Source: Thermoproteota archaeon (GTDB taxonomy: Archaea; Korarchaeota; Korarchaeia; Korarchaeales; JAOZGB01). Taken from it: DNA of 49,417 bases. Shown in pieces: positions 46,776 through 49,417 of the stretch. The notes under the pieces are model-generated. The model was given only the letters and a program-made list of their open reading frames with translations, was not told the DNA's origin and made no database searches. The stretch is from NCBI GenBank assembly GCA_037917685.1, contig JAVCBU010000002.1, positions 1 to 49,417 of the forward strand, written 5' to 3'. How positions within the stretch are numbered: position 1 is the first letter of the stretch; each line of letters opens with the position of its first letter. A program made the translations under genes and the position numbers.

Positions 46776-47598
46776 CCCTATTTAGGAAAGGCGGGTCTTC
46801 CTTGAAATCCTCCCATCCTAGCTTCCTCCTCGGCCACCGGGCAATTATAAGCCCATATGCAGGCTTCAACTCTAGAAAGTCAACATCTCGAAAGAATATC
46901 CATAACAAAGATAATAGCTGAGACAAACTCCAAAAGTACACATTCAAAATGGTAGATTTCTTCCTTACAAGATCTGTCATAACCCTCGTGAAAACACCTG
47001 AAACAGCATTATAACCGGAATGGGCGGAGACCACGATAGAATCTTCGTCAGCCCTCTCCACCAACAAGCTCCTATACCCTTTGTCAAGGAACACTCCTTT
47101 CAAACGGTCGCCCTCCTCAAGGATGAAAACACCGTCGTCTACCATTGACGTTGAAACCGAGACAATAAGCCTAATCATACTCCAAGGATCAAAGTGGGCA
47201 GCGGAGAAACCCACCATGAGGGCGACATCAAACTTAACCCCCAACTCATAAACCTTAAGAGCATTCAAAACCACGGTTCTGACAGGCTCCCCTATCTCCG
47301 CGGGAGACCATTCAGCGGCAGTCTTAAGGGCTTGCCTCCTTAGATCCACAACCCATGGCTCAACCTTGCATCTTCCATTCAAAGCCTTCACGAATGAGAC
47401 AGCTCCTATTCCAGTGCCGCCGCATACGTCTAAGACACGTATCCTACCCCTCCGGAGAACAGGCTTAACCAGCTTGTGATCAAGAGCCTTCCTAAAACCA
47501 TTTACAAGCCCTTCATACCTAGTCTTAAAACCCTTCTCTGAAGGGTCCTCAACCCATGGAACAATGCTGAAAAGCCTTTCAAAGTATTCACCGCTCAA
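46768..47598 (-). CDS. Class I SAM-dependent methyltransferase
   Basis: VLDVCGGTGIG, VVDLR, FDVAL and DGVFILE. Confidence 0.9.
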   Translation of the reverse strand: MSGEYFERLFSIVPWVEDPSEKGFKTRYEGLVNGFRKALDHKLVKPVLRRGRIRVLDVCGGTGIGAVSFVKALNGRCKVEPWVVDLRRQALKTAAEWSPAEIGEPVRTVVLNALKVYELGVKFDVALMVGFSAAHFDPWSMIRLIVSVSTSMVDDGVFILEEGDRLKGVFLDKGYRSLLVERADEDSIVVSAHSGYNAVSGVFTRVMTDLVRKKSTILNVYFWSLSQLLSLLWIFFRDVDFLELKPAYGLIIARWPRRKLGWEDFKEDPPFLNRDG

Positions 47599-47732
47599 AA
47601 CTACACCAGTATATTACTCAACCCCTGATTAATAAGCTTTACCATCCGCAAACATCAGCATCCTCCTAAACCCCTCAACATCGTAAAGCATCGCGCCCGA
47701 TTGAATTTTAGGCCTCCAAACTAAGACTTATA

Positions 47733-48008
47733 TTGTATAATCATACTTTTCGATGTGCGATACAAATGAGGAAAACATCAGCCATCCTAATTTTTATCGT
47801 TGGATTAGCGATTCTAAGCAGATCAATAACCATAGTAGCCGGGCGATTATCAGGGTGGAAGGGTACTACTCATGGCGCGCGCATGGTTTTGGGTCTCTAC
47901 CTACTCATAGTAGGCGCAGACGGTTTTGAAACGCTAATATCCCTCTGTGAGGGGGGAAATGGACATGGGAGTGGCTGGCCCCAGCCGGGACGGGAACCGG
48001 AATTTTAA
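47733..48008 (+). CDS. Short hypothetical membrane protein or gene remnant (start may be near 47766)
   Basis: Two hydrophobic segments; the C-terminus looks atypical. Confidence 0.3.
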   Translation: MYNHTFRCAIQMRKTSAILIFIVGLAILSRSITIVAGRLSGWKGTTHGARMVLGLYLLIVGADGFETLISLCEGGNGHGSGWPQPGREPEF

Positions 48009-48299
48009 GACCTGAAATATTGCTGGCTGCGGCTACGTCACCCCTTGGATAATACACTAAGCAGCTAGGAAGAAGCTTGACAACAAGACTTTTAAACGGT
48101 CTCCGAAAGGCTTTTAAGTCTGGTTTCATGAACAGAGCATAAATAACGTTAGAAACATTATAATAGTCTGGCTTGCGACAGCGGCAGATCCGTGGCCAAG
48201 AATACTTTAAAAGGGTGAAGAAGAGATTAGGTTGATAGCTTCCTATCAAAGATGAGAGTATGGTCCTTTTAGCCTGCCTTTGAAATGTAATAAGGGAAG

Positions 48300-48758
48300 C
48301 TACGCCTTACGATTATGGACGTTACGGAATCCTCTCTTTATCTCTAGGTCTCTAAGCTCTTGTGAAGCTTTAAATTTGAGTCTGCTTCTCAGCCCGTACT
48401 CCCTTTCTAACAGTAGTAGTCCTGAGAGCGCTTTTAGCTTGAACCATGGTGGGGCATAGTCTATGAGTCTTACGTCGACTTTAACACCCACCTCTTCTCC
48501 TATTTTCTTTGAAAGTTCATCCTGGAAGAAGTAGGCCTCCCCAGGGGCCACTCTGAGGCCGGTGTAGACTGCTATGTCCACATCTCTGAACAAGTCTTGG
48601 TCGAGAAAACTCCCATAGACTACTGCAAGCTTCACATTCTGATTAGAAGATATTATGTCCCTTATTTTATCTATAAGCTTGAACCTACGGTTCATAGGGA
48701 TGCGGTAATATCTGAATCTTCTTCTGTCTTCAAGGATCCCTGGCCGCAAACTCCTCAA
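48300..48758 (-). CDS. mntA: Minimal nucleotidyltransferase (MNT) antitoxin
   Basis: VYGSF...RDVDIAVY and VDVR; overlaps the HEPN gene. Confidence 0.88.
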   Translation of the reverse strand: MRSLRPGILEDRRRFRYYRIPMNRRFKLIDKIRDIISSNQNVKLAVVYGSFLDQDLFRDVDIAVYTGLRVAPGEAYFFQDELSKKIGEEVGVKVDVRLIDYAPPWFKLKALSGLLLLEREYGLRSRLKFKASQELRDLEIKRGFRNVHNRKA

Positions 48759-49164
48759 CCTCCCTAATAAAATTCTTAATCGACTCTATCCCGCTCCTAT
48801 AGGCCTCATCGTATATTCTCAAATCATCGATCGTCCAGTACTTGTGAATAACAAGGTTTCTAAGAGAAGCTAGGGATGCCATCTTCCCAGCGGTTTCAAC
48901 AGAGATAACGCCGTGTTCGGCAAGCTTAAAGAAGCAGTCCCTGTAGCTCTCAGCCTCAGCACTAAAGCATTTCTCAAGTATGGTTGTTGCAATGTCCGAC
49001 GCAGATTCAACTACAAGTATTATAGTATATCTTAGAGAAAACTTAGCTCTTACACTCCTAGCAAAGCTATCCCTACCCATGCGGACAATACTCTCCATTT
49101 CAGCAAGCCCACTCCTAATATCGGTAACCACCCTATTTAGATAGTCGAGGTCAACCCTACCCAT
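48730..49164 (-). CDS. hepT: HEPN (DUF86) RNase toxin
   Basis: RNLVIHKY (Rx4HxY) motif and ESYRDCF..L...GVI. Confidence 0.9.
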   Translation of the reverse strand: MGRVDLDYLNRVVTDIRSGLAEMESIVRMGRDSFARSVRAKFSLRYTIILVVESASDIATTILEKCFSAEAESYRDCFFKLAEHGVISVETAGKMASLASLRNLVIHKYWTIDDLRIYDEAYRSGIESIKNFIREVEEFAARDP

Positions 49165-49417
49165 AACCCCAATGTATCTCTAAACCTCCATCATTAAGAA
49201 ATTATACATCCCACACCCTACCCGACACACATCAAACAACCCTAAACTAAACAGAGAGAAAGCCAGAACCACGGTATCCGTACAGCTAGATCTAACCCTC
49301 AACTCTGCTGCTTCCATAGTAATATTACATGGCACGTTTAGAATTTTAGCCTTCTATTCAGATAGGAGGCGGCCTATGCCAAAGTCTATCACGGGACCAA
49401 CGTCGAAGCTACCGTGC

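Noticed and set aside
49376-49417. Possible gene start after GGAGG at the window end
   Set aside because: Only 14 codons are visible, so it cannot be supported

Overview
Gene-dense window from an anaerobic archaeon, probably TACK-type. This is inferred from archaeal BRE/TATA promoters, GGAGG/GGTG ribosome-binding sites, a thiolase/DUF35 pair and a HEPN-MNT pair. About 28 kb (3.2-31.2 kb) is an acyl-CoA/lipid catabolism supercluster with four parts. (i) A tightly coupled, apparently fully soluble electron-transfer operon: etfB-etfA-short hdrA-hdrA/mvhD fusion-fdhB-like-two hdrD-like genes. (ii) A B12 acyl-CoA mutase operon (large subunit, small subunit, meaB, cobO, acyl-CoA ligase) whose active-site residues (Phe/Gln) point to an isobutyryl- or 2-hydroxyisobutyryl-CoA mutase rather than a methylmalonyl-CoA mutase. 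(iii) An Ntn acylase, an ILVBL/HACL-like TPP enzyme divergent from a Zn alcohol dehydrogenase and an SCP2 protein across a perfect 40-bp palindrome, a nitroreductase and a DUF6125-like protein. (iv) A complete beta-oxidation set. The flanks hold a Cwh43/PGAP2IP-like membrane EEP enzyme, a probable pseudo-AAA protein, a DNRLRE/Ig/CFI-box surface protein, an ABC transporter without an adjacent binding protein, housekeeping enzymes and a HEPN-MNT toxin-antitoxin pair. No rRNA, tRNA, CRISPR array or intact transposase was recognised. All family calls come from motif recognition by eye, not from database searches.
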